Source: Candidatus Methanomethylophilaceae archaeon (GTDB lineage Bacteria; Bacillota_I; Bacilli_A; Erysipelotrichales; Erysipelotrichaceae). From it: DNA of 30,917 nucleotides. The stretch lies in assembly GCA_963593105.1 (NCBI GenBank), contig CAVBAX010000002.1, positions 1 to 30,917 on the forward strand, written 5' to 3'. The notes beneath the pieces are model-generated. The model was not told the DNA's origin. It worked only from the letters and a program-made list of their open reading frames with translations, and searched no databases. Below, piece after piece: positions 1 through 8,416 of this stretch. Every line of letters starts with the position of its first letter. Position 1 is the stretch's first letter. Made by a program: the position numbers and the translations under genes.

Positions 1-454
1 TAAAGAAAGAAATAAAGTCACCATTTTCCAATAGCTCATTATTATAAAGCTTATTATTTAAAAGTAAGCAAGGACCATTAGTCTTTAAAATTCCATCTTT
101 ATACATTAGATAATAATCTTTTAAATAAGGATCTTTAGAAACGATATTACCCTTACTAGAACTAATATAAACAAATGGTTCATTATTATACAAAGCATAA
201 TCATTTAGACCATCATCATTTAAATAAACATATAAGAAAATATTTTTTTCAAAATCTTTACCTTCAATAATATATTTCTTTTCTTCTAGTCTTCTTGTCT
301 TATCTCTATCCTTGAAGAAATAGCCACTATGTAGGCTAATGTATAAAGTACCTTTCTTATTTATAATCTCAATGCCCTTATAACGATATGGTATATTAGA
401 TGAATCTAAAACTACATTTTTTAAGATGTCGTCATCTTGTATTAATATAAACAT
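1..454 (-). CDS. 5' part of an ORF running off the window edge; possible N-terminal FHA-like region of T7SS ATPase EssC
   Basis: Not in the ORF track. ATG at 454 overlaps the upstream stop (TAATG). Frame is open for 151 codons to the edge (MFILIQDDDILKNVVLDSS...CLLLNNKLYNNELLENGDFISFF). The LxNGDxIxF ending resembles FHA-like domains, and the ORF follows WXG100 genes. The ORF itself is secure; the EssC call is inference. Confidence 0.6.
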   Translation of the reverse strand, partial: MFILIQDDDILKNVVLDSSNIPYRYKGIEIINKKGTLYISLHSGYFFKDRDKTRRLEEKKYIIEGKDFEKNIFLYVYLNDDGLNDYALYNNEPFVYISSSKGNIVSKDPYLKDYYLMYKDGILKTNGPCLLLNNKLYNNELLENGDFISFF

Positions 455-2382
455 TAGCCACCCTCACTTATCAAAACATTTAAAGAAGCATCGTATTTAC
501 CATCACTGGTTGAAATTATTATTTCAGTAGCACCTTTACTTATACCATTAACTATTCCACCATTACATGTTGCCACATCATTGTTTTTACTTTCAAAAAT
601 CAAATCTGACTCATCATAACCACTTGGTAAAGCCTTTATTTCAATGGCATAACTTTGCGAAATATTGACAACCTTAGAATATCTCTTTAATAAAATCTTA
701 TCTGAACTAATGACATTATTTTCTTTGGTGGAAGTCTTTAAACGATTATTACGTGTGCACTTATCCACAAAAGTAAAGTTTTCAATATGAGACTTATTGC
801 CAAAAACCTGATTCTTATCATCTAAAATATCGATATCTTTAGATAAACCAAATTTATATAGTAATGTTCTTGATGTATTAAATCTAATTTTACCTAGCCA
901 ATATAAAGATAAATCACCACATACTTTAACATCATTATTTTCTTTTGATAATTCATCATAAATAGAATACGGAACATCACTATAAACTACTTCATGATTA
1001 CCCTCATCATCATATAAATGAACAGTAGTGCCTACCTTAGCCTTAATACCTAAATCACCCTCAATATCCATCAAGTATTTATTAACCGCTTCAATATTAA
1101 AATTAAGGCCTACAGCACTTGAAGTGGAACCACCAATCTTTAAATTAACATCTCTATCATTATCATTTATTAAACGTAGCTTACCATTTCTAGTTTCAAA
1201 GCCCTTAGAAGAATCATTACTGATAACAATTTCAACCTTACCTGATACATAAAATTTCGCAAGTAGTTCAACATTTAAATATAAAGTAGGCACTCCACTA
1301 AGCGGAACCTTTATTTGACATATTCTAATAGTTGCCTCAGCTTCATCAGCTTTTGGCTTGATGATGGAACTAGTTAAATTCATAAAACTAGAGGCATCAG
1401 CATTTTTAAGATCTAAATAATAATTTTTATAACGACCAATCGATACTCCAATTTCTTCAACAGTCTTATAATCAACTTTAAAATAAGTGGTCTTAACCCC
1501 CTGTTCTTCATAATTAAAAACATAAGATGGTTTTACATTGCTTACCGTAATATCAAAAAAGAAATTTAAACCATCAATATTTTTTGAAATTCGGGCATTA
1601 ATACCACTTTTTGCGAGCTTATAAGAAATATTATAACCATTATTAGTAAATCTTTTAGTGGCACTAGAGGCCAATAATTCCCTTGAATTATTGGCGTAGA
1701 CACTACCACTATCTTCTATTTCAGTTACATCAATCGCTTTTGAAAAATCAACATCATCACTTCCCTCAATATCAAATGAAGAAAACACTTCTTCAAGACT
1801 TGCATCGCGTAAAGTATAAGTGTTACCACTTACACCGACTACCACCTTATAGATATCATCGCTTTCCAAATAAATTACATCGCCTAATGTAAATTTTTCT
1901 TCACTTATTAAATAATCACCATCTAAAGTGTAGTTACTTATTTGTTGTATTTCTTCTTGATATTCAAATTCTTGTTTATTTTCAATTTCTCTATCATTGA
2001 TTAAAGATACAGCCTTTTCAATCACCTCTAAAGCTATTTGCTCACTTACTTGTTCATCTTCTTTTTTAACTCTTTTAATAAAGCCATTTTCTTTTAAAGA
2101 CTTTATACTTAAATCATCACTTAAAATTAAACGATTAATGGTTAAAGCTAGATAACCATAAGTTAAATATTCAGGATATGTATCATCATCTACTATTTCA
2201 AATTCTTTTAGATTATTAATTATTTCATCGATATTAGAACTTTGGCTAATACCGCTTCTATTAGCCAAAGTATTTAAATATTCAACAGTTAAATAAGGTT
2301 TAGCTTCCTTACAAGAGGTACAAGTTAATAAGATTGCACTCAAAATAAGAAAACTAAGAATTTTATTCAAAGTTTGACGCAT
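454..2382 (-). CDS. Putative lipoprotein with C-terminal bacterial Ig-like (Big_2) domain, in T7SS-like operon
   Basis: Signal peptide ending LLTCTS-C (lipobox-like). C-terminal LIFESKNNDVATCNGGIVNGISKGATEIIISTSDGKY matches the Big_2 pattern. Beta-rich central region. Confidence 0.7.
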   Translation of the reverse strand: MRQTLNKILSFLILSAILLTCTSCKEAKPYLTVEYLNTLANRSGISQSSNIDEIINNLKEFEIVDDDTYPEYLTYGYLALTINRLILSDDLSIKSLKENGFIKRVKKEDEQVSEQIALEVIEKAVSLINDREIENKQEFEYQEEIQQISNYTLDGDYLISEEKFTLGDVIYLESDDIYKVVVGVSGNTYTLRDASLEEVFSSFDIEGSDDVDFSKAIDVTEIEDSGSVYANNSRELLASSATKRFTNNGYNISYKLAKSGINARISKNIDGLNFFFDITVSNVKPSYVFNYEEQGVKTTYFKVDYKTVEEIGVSIGRYKNYYLDLKNADASSFMNLTSSIIKPKADEAEATIRICQIKVPLSGVPTLYLNVELLAKFYVSGKVEIVISNDSSKGFETRNGKLRLINDNDRDVNLKIGGSTSSAVGLNFNIEAVNKYLMDIEGDLGIKAKVGTTVHLYDDEGNHEVVYSDVPYSIYDELSKENNDVKVCGDLSLYWLGKIRFNTSRTLLYKFGLSKDIDILDDKNQVFGNKSHIENFTFVDKCTRNNRLKTSTKENNVISSDKILLKRYSKVVNISQSYAIEIKALPSGYDESDLIFESKNNDVATCNGGIVNGISKGATEIIISTSDGKYDASLNVLISEGG

Positions 2383-2659
2383 TTGTGGTCAATGAAGACT
2401 CTAAAGAATCATAAGACGAAACAGTATAATCTAAATATTTTGCGTATTCTTCAATTGTTTCACTCTCATCGATAAAGCGACTAGAAAATCTCTTAAAACG
2501 TGAAACAATTTCTTCTCCTGCTGTACCCTTCCAAACAGCTTGTAAATCATTCATGTACTTACTAACACTATTTAAAATATCATCCATACTAGCATTAATC
2601 GAACGAATATTTGCGGCACTAGCCGACACTTCTGGTAAAGTAATGCGAATATTATCCAT
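2363..2659 (-). CDS. WXG100 family (ESAT-6/EsxA-like) protein, 98 aa
   Basis: Start revised to ATG 2659 (GAGGT SD upstream). About 100 aa, helical, central W-K-G, C-terminal YDSLE (YxxxE). Confidence 0.9.
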   Translation of the reverse strand: MDNIRITLPEVSASAANIRSINASMDDILNSVSKYMNDLQAVWKGTAGEEIVSRFKRFSSRFIDESETIEEYAKYLDYTVSSYDSLESSLTTNASNFE

Positions 2660-2963
2660 GGCTACCTCTAAGTCTATTAGCACAATTAGCTAATTCTTCT
2701 TGGGTCTCTCTATAAGCTCTAGCGCTGGCTCTTAAAAACTCACTATATTGGCGCATAATTATAGAAATCTGCCTAAAATCTTCTTCATAAGACCTAATCT
2801 TGCCACTAAAGGCCTTATTATCCTTACCTCCCCAATTACCATCAAGACGATCCACTTCACTATATAATGAAGCATATAATCTTTGGTAATCCAAATCAGC
2901 ACTCTCAACTCTTGTCGCCGTATCTTCTAGACGACTTGGATCAACATCAATTAAGTTATTCAT
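2652..2963 (-). CDS. WXG100 family protein, 103 aa
   Basis: Start revised to ATG 2963 (AGGAGG SD at 2971-2976). IDVDPSRLE N-terminus, central W-G-G motif, AYRETQ C-terminus. Confidence 0.9.
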   Translation of the reverse strand: MNNLIDVDPSRLEDTATRVESADLDYQRLYASLYSEVDRLDGNWGGKDNKAFSGKIRSYEEDFRQISIIMRQYSEFLRASARAYRETQEELANCANRLRGSHG

Positions 2964-3020
2964 ATTTTTTCCTCCTACTACTTTATTGACATCAATCTTA
3001 AAAATTCCTACCCCAAAATT

Positions 3021-3050
3021 AAAAAAACCTGTTATTTTTTTATAACAGGT
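3021..3050 (-). terminator. Intrinsic terminator of ABC importer operon
   Basis: ACCTGTTAT/ATAACAGGT stem followed by a T-run on the minus strand, just after the stop at 3057. Confidence 0.8.
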
Positions 3051-3056
3051 CATTAA

Positions 3057-3851
3057 TTAAGCTAATAATACGCTATCATTAACAATTTCACTACCAGTAA
3101 CCTTTTCAAACATCTTTAGTAAATCACTTACTGTTAGTTTTTGTTTTTCACTGCCGGATATATCAAGTACTATCTTACCCTTATCCATCATAATAAGACG
3201 ATTGCCAAATCTTAAAGCATCTTTCATATTATGAGTAACCATAAAGGCTGTAAGATTGTTTTTTTGAATAATTTCTTCAGTCTTAGACAAAACAATAGCT
3301 GCCGTTTTTGGATCTAAAGCAGCAGTATGTTCATCCAATAATAAAAGCTTAGGCTTAACAAGTGTCGCCATTAGTAAAGTCAAAGCTTGTCTTTGACCAC
3401 CAGATAATAAGCCAGCCTTGGCATTAGGCCTTTGTTCAAGGCCAAGATTTAAAGTCTTTAAATCATTGACGTATTCTTCCTTTTCCTTTTTAGGCATGCC
3501 AAGCTTTAAAGTCCTTTTTTGACCTCTTCTTTTAGCGATAGACATATTCTCTAATATTGATAAATCAGGACAAGTACCAACACGAGGATCTTGGAATACT
3601 CTTCCTATATATTTAGCTCTTTTGTATTCAGGAAGTTTTGTGATATCTAAATCATCAATATAAATCTTGCCAGAATCCGAGATTGTGCTACCAGATAATA
3701 GATTTAATAAAGTCGACTTACCAGCCCCGTTTGAACCTATTACAGTAATAAAATCACCATCATTGATTGTAAGATTAACACCATTTATCGCATGAACCTC
3801 ATTAGCACTTTTAGCCTCAAAAGTCTTATATAAGTTTTCTACCTTAAACAA
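3057..3851 (-). CDS. ABC transporter ATP-binding protein (COG1101-type, aromatic amino acid importer)
   Basis: GSNGAGKS Walker A, LSGGQ signature, LLLDEHTAALDP typical of this family. Start revised to TTG 3851 (GGGAGG SD). Confidence 0.9.
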   Translation of the reverse strand: MFKVENLYKTFEAKSANEVHAINGVNLTINDGDFITVIGSNGAGKSTLLNLLSGSTISDSGKIYIDDLDITKLPEYKRAKYIGRVFQDPRVGTCPDLSILENMSIAKRRGQKRTLKLGMPKKEKEEYVNDLKTLNLGLEQRPNAKAGLLSGGQRQALTLLMATLVKPKLLLLDEHTAALDPKTAAIVLSKTEEIIQKNNLTAFMVTHNMKDALRFGNRLIMMDKGKIVLDISGSEKQKLTVSDLLKMFEKVTGSEIVNDSVLLA

Positions 3852-4719
3852 CTTTCTTACCTCCCTTATTTGCCACAATGATAGATAGCGCAACAACTAC
3901 AGCTGTAAATAATTTCATATCATTTGCAGAAATAAAATTAGAATTAACCACAAAAGTAACAATCAAACGATAAATAATCGAACCAATCATTACCCCTGTT
4001 AAGCAAACCACAAACTTACTACTTTTTCTAAACAAGACATCACCTATAATTACACTTGCCAATCCAACAACAATCGCACCAATACCCATTGTTACATCGC
4101 TATAGCCATTATATTGAGCAACTAAACTTCCACTTAAGGCAATAAGTGCATTTGAAAGCATTAATCCCGCAATAATCGTCTTATCCGAATCAACGCCATT
4201 AGCCCTAATCATCTTGTCGTTATTGCCAGTTGCCACAACCGAGAAACCAAATTCTGTATTAAAAAACCAAACAAGTAGACTAATTACGATAAAACAAACA
4301 ATAACCCCTAAATAAATAGCTGCTTGTCTATCTCTACTTAAACCTAGTAAGTTTTTTAACTCAGTTAATAAAGTAGAACTATTAGTTAAAGGAATATTAG
4401 CCTTACCCATAATTCTTAAATTAATCGAATATAAACCAGTCATTGATAAAATTCCAGCAATTAAACTTGGCATTTTAAACTTAGTATGTAAAAGTCCTGT
4501 TATTAGTCCTGCCAAACTACCTGCAAGTAAAGCTAACAAAGTAGCCATTAGGGGGTTCGAACCCCTAATAATAGAACTAGCACATACAGCAGCGCCTAAG
4601 GTAAATGAACCCTCACTTGTAAGATCAGAAATATTTAAGAATCTATATGATAAATAAACACCTATCGCAAGTATTGCCCAAAGTAAACCCTGCGATAGAG
4701 CAGATACAATTATTGTCAT
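3844..4719 (-). CDS. ABC transporter permease (COG4120-type)
   Basis: Multi-TM protein with DLTSEGSFTLGAA and LYSINLRIMGKAN motifs; lies between SBP and ATPase genes. Confidence 0.9.
   Translation of the reverse strand: MTIIVSALSQGLLWAILAIGVYLSYRFLNISDLTSEGSFTLGAAVCASSIIRGSNPLMATLLALLAGSLAGLITGLLHTKFKMPSLIAGILSMTGLYSINLRIMGKANIPLTNSSTLLTELKNLLGLSRDRQAAIYLGVIVCFIVISLLVWFFNTEFGFSVVATGNNDKMIRANGVDSDKTIIAGLMLSNALIALSGSLVAQYNGYSDVTMGIGAIVVGLASVIIGDVLFRKSSKFVVCLTGVMIGSIIYRLIVTFVVNSNFISANDMKLFTAVVVALSIIVANKGGKKVV
4552..4565. repeat. GC-rich palindrome GGGGTTCGAACCCC inside permease CDS
   Basis: Perfect 14-bp palindrome with ATTA/TAAT flanks (one extra G); identical copy at 5616-5629. Confidence 0.8.
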
Positions 4720-4721
4720 TA

Positions 4722-5744
4722 TTAAGCACCTAAATCTGTACCTTTTTCAATTATAGAAGAAGGAATTGTGTAGCCAATTCTTTCAGCCACCTTTGAATTA
4801 TAGTTAATTGCGCCCTCTGTTTGATAAACAATTGGAAGATCACCAGGATTAGCACCCTCTAAAATCTTTACAACAAGTTCACCTGTTAATTGACCAATAT
4901 TATAATAATCAACCCCAACATTAGCTAAGCCACCATCGCTTACCATAGCAGTTGCACCTACAACAACTGGTAAACCATATTCCTCAACAGATTGAAGTAC
5001 ACTGCCCATTGAAGCGGCTAAATTATTATCAGTTGGAATATAAATAGCTTCCACCCCTTCATTTGCCAAAGCAGTAATTGTTTCAGCAGTAGAATTCTTA
5101 TCAGGTGTAGTCTTTACAACAGCTTCAATGCCAGCACTTTCTAATGCGCTTACCATTTCATTGGCTTGAATCTCAGAATTTGTTTCGCTTGATGTATATA
5201 AAACACCAACCTTTTTAACGCCATCAACTAGTTCTTGAATTAATTCGACTTGTTTATCACTTGAGAAATAATCGCTAACACCAGTTACATAACCACCAGG
5301 ATTTTCACAAGAATCAACAAGACCTGAACCAACATAATCAGTAATAGCAGTACCAACAATTGGTGTATCAACATTTGTTTGCATCAACACTTGAGCAGGA
5401 GAAGTCGCAATTGCCACAATGACATCGCAATTTGCACTAATCAAACTATCAGCCATAGTCGATAAATTAGATTGATCACCTTCTGGATTTTGATAAACAT
5501 AAGTTACATTTTCACCTTCAACATAACCATGTTCCTTTAAGTAATCTTTCATACCCTCTCTGGCCTCATCTAAAGAGCCATGACTCATAAGCTGTAGGAT
5601 ACCTATCTTATATGAGGGGTTCGAACCCCCCGTTGGATTCGAACCCTCCGTTGGGTTCGAACCGCCTGTTGAGTTTGAACCAGAGCAAGCCCCTAACGTA
5701 AGTGCCATCAATACAGTTAATAAAATCGCAATAATTTTTTTCAT
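4722..5744 (-). CDS. ABC substrate-binding lipoprotein (COG2984/TrpX-like)
   Basis: Start revised to MKKII at 5744 (GGAGGG SD). Lipobox LGAC; KIGILQLMSHGSLD, TGVSD, YIPTDN motifs. Confidence 0.9.
   Translation of the reverse strand: MKKIIAILLTVLMALTLGACSGSNSTGGSNPTEGSNPTGGSNPSYKIGILQLMSHGSLDEAREGMKDYLKEHGYVEGENVTYVYQNPEGDQSNLSTMADSLISANCDVIVAIATSPAQVLMQTNVDTPIVGTAITDYVGSGLVDSCENPGGYVTGVSDYFSSDKQVELIQELVDGVKKVGVLYTSSETNSEIQANEMVSALESAGIEAVVKTTPDKNSTAETITALANEGVEAIYIPTDNNLAASMGSVLQSVEEYGLPVVVGATAMVSDGGLANVGVDYYNIGQLTGELVVKILEGANPGDLPIVYQTEGAINYNSKVAERIGYTIPSSIIEKGTDLGA
5614..5682. repeat. About four copies of an 18-bp tandem repeat encoding (G/E)GSN(P/S)T linker
   Basis: GGGTTCGAACCC-like cores at about 5617, 5635, 5653 and 5671 (period 18). 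Protein reads SGSNSTGGSNPTEGSNPTGGSNPS. Confidence 0.85.
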
Positions 5745-5759
5745 ATTCATTCCCTCCAA

Positions 5760-6012
5760 CAAAAAAGACTCACCAGTCAAAGGACGAGTGAGTCTTCGCG
5801 TTACCACCTTTATTCGTCAATATATTACTATATCAACCTCTTTAACCACCAACATGGTCTAGTCTTATAACGGAGACAACCGAGCACATCTACTTTAAGT
5901 TCAATGTCTAACATAAGATGAGGAATTCAATAGATTTCATATAGCTATTTTCAGCACCCATAGCCTCTCTTTAATATGAAGTAGTCTATCTACTAGTTCA
6001 TCCTTAACGTTT
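5760..6012 (-). promoter_or_regulatory. T-box riboswitch, specifier UUC (Phe)
   Basis: Stem I with AGUA/GAA S-turn, AGAGA and GCUGAAA motifs. GAA-UUC specifier at 5925-5923. T-box AAUAAAGG-UGGUAAC-GCG (5814-5797) pairs with CGUCCUUU. Terminator AAGACUCAC/GUGAGUCUU followed by a U-run (5796-5760). Confidence 0.9.
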
Positions 6013-6020
6013 ATAGAATA

Positions 6021-6048
6021 ATCTTACTACAATATTTTTTTAATTCAA
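6021..6048 (-). promoter_or_regulatory. Putative sigma-A promoter for T-box leader
   Basis: TTGAAT-16 nt-TAAGAT immediately upstream of Stem I. Confidence 0.55.
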
Positions 6049-6144
6049 GCAATTAATTAAACATATTTTCATAAATCATGAAAGATTTTTCATTATTTTA
6101 CTTTATATAAAAATCAATAATATTTATAAGATTTGATTATTTCT

Positions 6145-6597
6145 TTATGACTCCTTTACTCTTTTACCGCTTAAATAATCAATCTTAAAATCAAGACAAG
6201 TAACTCTATCAATTGCCTTTAGTTCATTATTTATATAATCTTCATCATTTGTAAACTTTAACGCAAGTTTTCTACATATATTAAAGCATTTATCCTTATC
6301 AGTAATAATACTAATTTGACCAAAACAAATAATACTTTTGAAATGTAAAACCCAGTCATTATCAAGATTTTCGCCTTTTGTCATAACACAAAAAGAAGCT
6401 TTATTATTCTTGTTTATACAATCAAGTTTATGGCCAACCATTGCGCCATGGAAATAAATATGACCATCATCATATAAATAACTTAAAGGTAGCCCATAAG
6501 GATAATTATCATCAAATAAAGATAGTACTCCTCTTTTTTCTTCACTCAATATTTTTAGACACTCTTCTTTTTCAATTTCTTGTTTAAATCTACGCAT
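6145..6597 (-). CDS. Pyridoxamine 5'-phosphate oxidase-like / NimA-family flavin-binding protein
   Basis: MRRFKQ start, GVLSL..YPYGLPLSY, IYFHGA..GHKLD, ASFCV family pattern. Confidence 0.85.
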   Translation of the reverse strand: MRRFKQEIEKEECLKILSEEKRGVLSLFDDNYPYGLPLSYLYDDGHIYFHGAMVGHKLDCINKNNKASFCVMTKGENLDNDWVLHFKSIICFGQISIITDKDKCFNICRKLALKFTNDEDYINNELKAIDRVTCLDFKIDYLSGKRVKES

Positions 6598-8416
6598 TTA
6601 TCTTCTCCAATTCTTCCTTAAATTGATTAGTGAACAAATGATAATAATTACCCTTTAAAGCCATAAGCTCTTCATGGGTTCCATCTTCTATAATCTTGCC
6701 CTTATCTAAAACCAATATTCTATCTGCATTTACAATCGTACTTAATCTATGAGCGATGACAAATGAAGTCTTACCCTTCATAATATTTTCAATGCCAAAT
6801 TGAATAATCTTTTCTGTTTCTGTATCAATAGAAGCTGTAGCTTCATCTAGAATAAAAATCTTAGGTTTAGCTAATACCGCTCTAGCAAAAGAAATGAGTT
6901 GTTTTTGGCCAGTTGAAAGCCTACTACCACCCTCGCCCACAAAGGTATCATATCCATCTTTAAAAGACATAATAAAATCATGTGCATTAACTAGTTTTGC
7001 CGCCTCTATCACCTCTTGTTTTGTGGCCTTTAAATTACCATAACGAATATTATCTTCAATAGTTCCTTCAAATAAATGAGGAGCTTGTAGCACATAACCA
7101 AGATTTGAATGAAGCCATCCTAAAGACCTTTCACGATAATCTACTTCATCAATTAAAAGTTCGCCACCAGTTGGCTCATAGAACCTACAAAGTAAATTAA
7201 CAACTGTACTTTTGCCAGCCCCAGTTTGTCCAACTAAGGCAATAGTTTTGCCAGCTTCCACTTTTAAATTAAAATCCTTTAACACCTCTTGACCATTTTT
7301 ATATTTAAAGTCAACATGCTTAAATTCCACGTCTCCTTTAATATCTTCATAATTTTCAGGTTTTGGATCTAAGATAGTACCATACTTTTCAATCACCTCA
7401 TCTGTATCCTTAATATCAACTTCACTTTCAAGTAAAGATACAATACGTTCTCCTGATGCTTGAGCCATTTGAAAATCTTGAAATAAAATCGCAATAGTTC
7501 TAAGCGGCTCAAAGAATTGTTGAGAATAAGTGATAAAAATATAAAGCACACCAAAGCTTAGTACCTTATCAAAAACCATTTGACCACCAAGCCAAATAAT
7601 AAAAGCTAAAGATATTGAACTAATAAAATTAACAAGCGGTCTGAATATACTTGATAATCTACCAGCCTTAAAAGAGACATCATAAAAATTATCACTGTCT
7701 TTTTTAAATTCATTAAAATTACTTTCTTCAAGAACTAAAGTCTTAGTTGTCTTAGCGCCATTAATGCTTTCATTAAACGCATTAGTGATAATTGAATTAG
7801 ACTTTCTTACTTCTCTATAATTACGCATTATCCTTTTTTGAAAGTAAAAGACAACTATAGCAAGTACTGGCACAACAACAAGCACCATTAACGTTAATTT
7901 AACACTATATTTAAACATAACGATAGTTGTAAAAACCATTAAAGGTAAGCCCCAAAACAACTCTGCAAAAGACCAAGTCAATATTTCCGATAATCTAAAG
8001 ATATCCGATGTCATACGTGACAATAACCAACCAGATGGCGTCACATCATAATAAGAAAATGATAAATTCTGTAGTTTTATAAATAATTTCTTTCTTAAAT
8101 CATAAGAGAAACCATTTTCCGTTTTAGCCGCAATCCTAAAATAAATCACATGACAAAAAGTTGTAACTAAAATTATTAATAGATAAATACACGCAAACGA
8201 AAATATCTTATCATTATTATCACCGCCTACAAACTCATCCAAGGCATTTTTATTCATGATTGGAAGTAAAACATCCGATAAAGCGATAATCGTATTTAAA
8301 ACCATTAAAGCCACAATATACTTGACATAAGGTTTAAACTCGACAAGAATTTTCTTCCACATTGTTAAGTTTAAACCCTCACTTGAAAAATCCTTTTCTT
8401 GAAAACGCTCAGACAT
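6590..8416 (-). CDS. ABC exporter, fused permease/ATPase (heterodimer subunit)
   Basis: N-terminal TM domain; GQTGAGKS, LSTGQKQ, ILDEATASID, AHRLST. Confidence 0.92.
   Translation of the reverse strand: MSERFQEKDFSSEGLNLTMWKKILVEFKPYVKYIVALMVLNTIIALSDVLLPIMNKNALDEFVGGDNNDKIFSFACIYLLIILVTTFCHVIYFRIAAKTENGFSYDLRKKLFIKLQNLSFSYYDVTPSGWLLSRMTSDIFRLSEILTWSFAELFWGLPLMVFTTIVMFKYSVKLTLMVLVVVPVLAIVVFYFQKRIMRNYREVRKSNSIITNAFNESINGAKTTKTLVLEESNFNEFKKDSDNFYDVSFKAGRLSSIFRPLVNFISSISLAFIIWLGGQMVFDKVLSFGVLYIFITYSQQFFEPLRTIAILFQDFQMAQASGERIVSLLESEVDIKDTDEVIEKYGTILDPKPENYEDIKGDVEFKHVDFKYKNGQEVLKDFNLKVEAGKTIALVGQTGAGKSTVVNLLCRFYEPTGGELLIDEVDYRERSLGWLHSNLGYVLQAPHLFEGTIEDNIRYGNLKATKQEVIEAAKLVNAHDFIMSFKDGYDTFVGEGGSRLSTGQKQLISFARAVLAKPKIFILDEATASIDTETEKIIQFGIENIMKGKTSFVIAHRLSTIVNADRILVLDKGKIIEDGTHEELMALKGNYYHLFTNQFKEELEKINA

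Noticed and set aside
1028..1892. Plus-strand ORFs 1028-1252 and 1683-1892
   Set aside because: Antisense shadows of the lipoprotein gene with no recognisable motifs.
5614..5682. Possible mini-CRISPR or tRNA fragment array
   Set aside because: Period is 18 bp with no unique spacers, it lies in-frame within a CDS, there are no cas genes, and it is not identical to the T-arms of the local tRNAs.
5745..5807. N-terminal extension of SBP ORF in the track
   Set aside because: Overlaps the T-box terminator; the signal peptide begins at MKKII.
6061..6144. Weak inverted repeats (TTTCAT/ATGAAA, AATCAA/TTGATT)
   Set aside because: Short and AT-rich, so expected by chance; cannot be supported as an operator or terminator.
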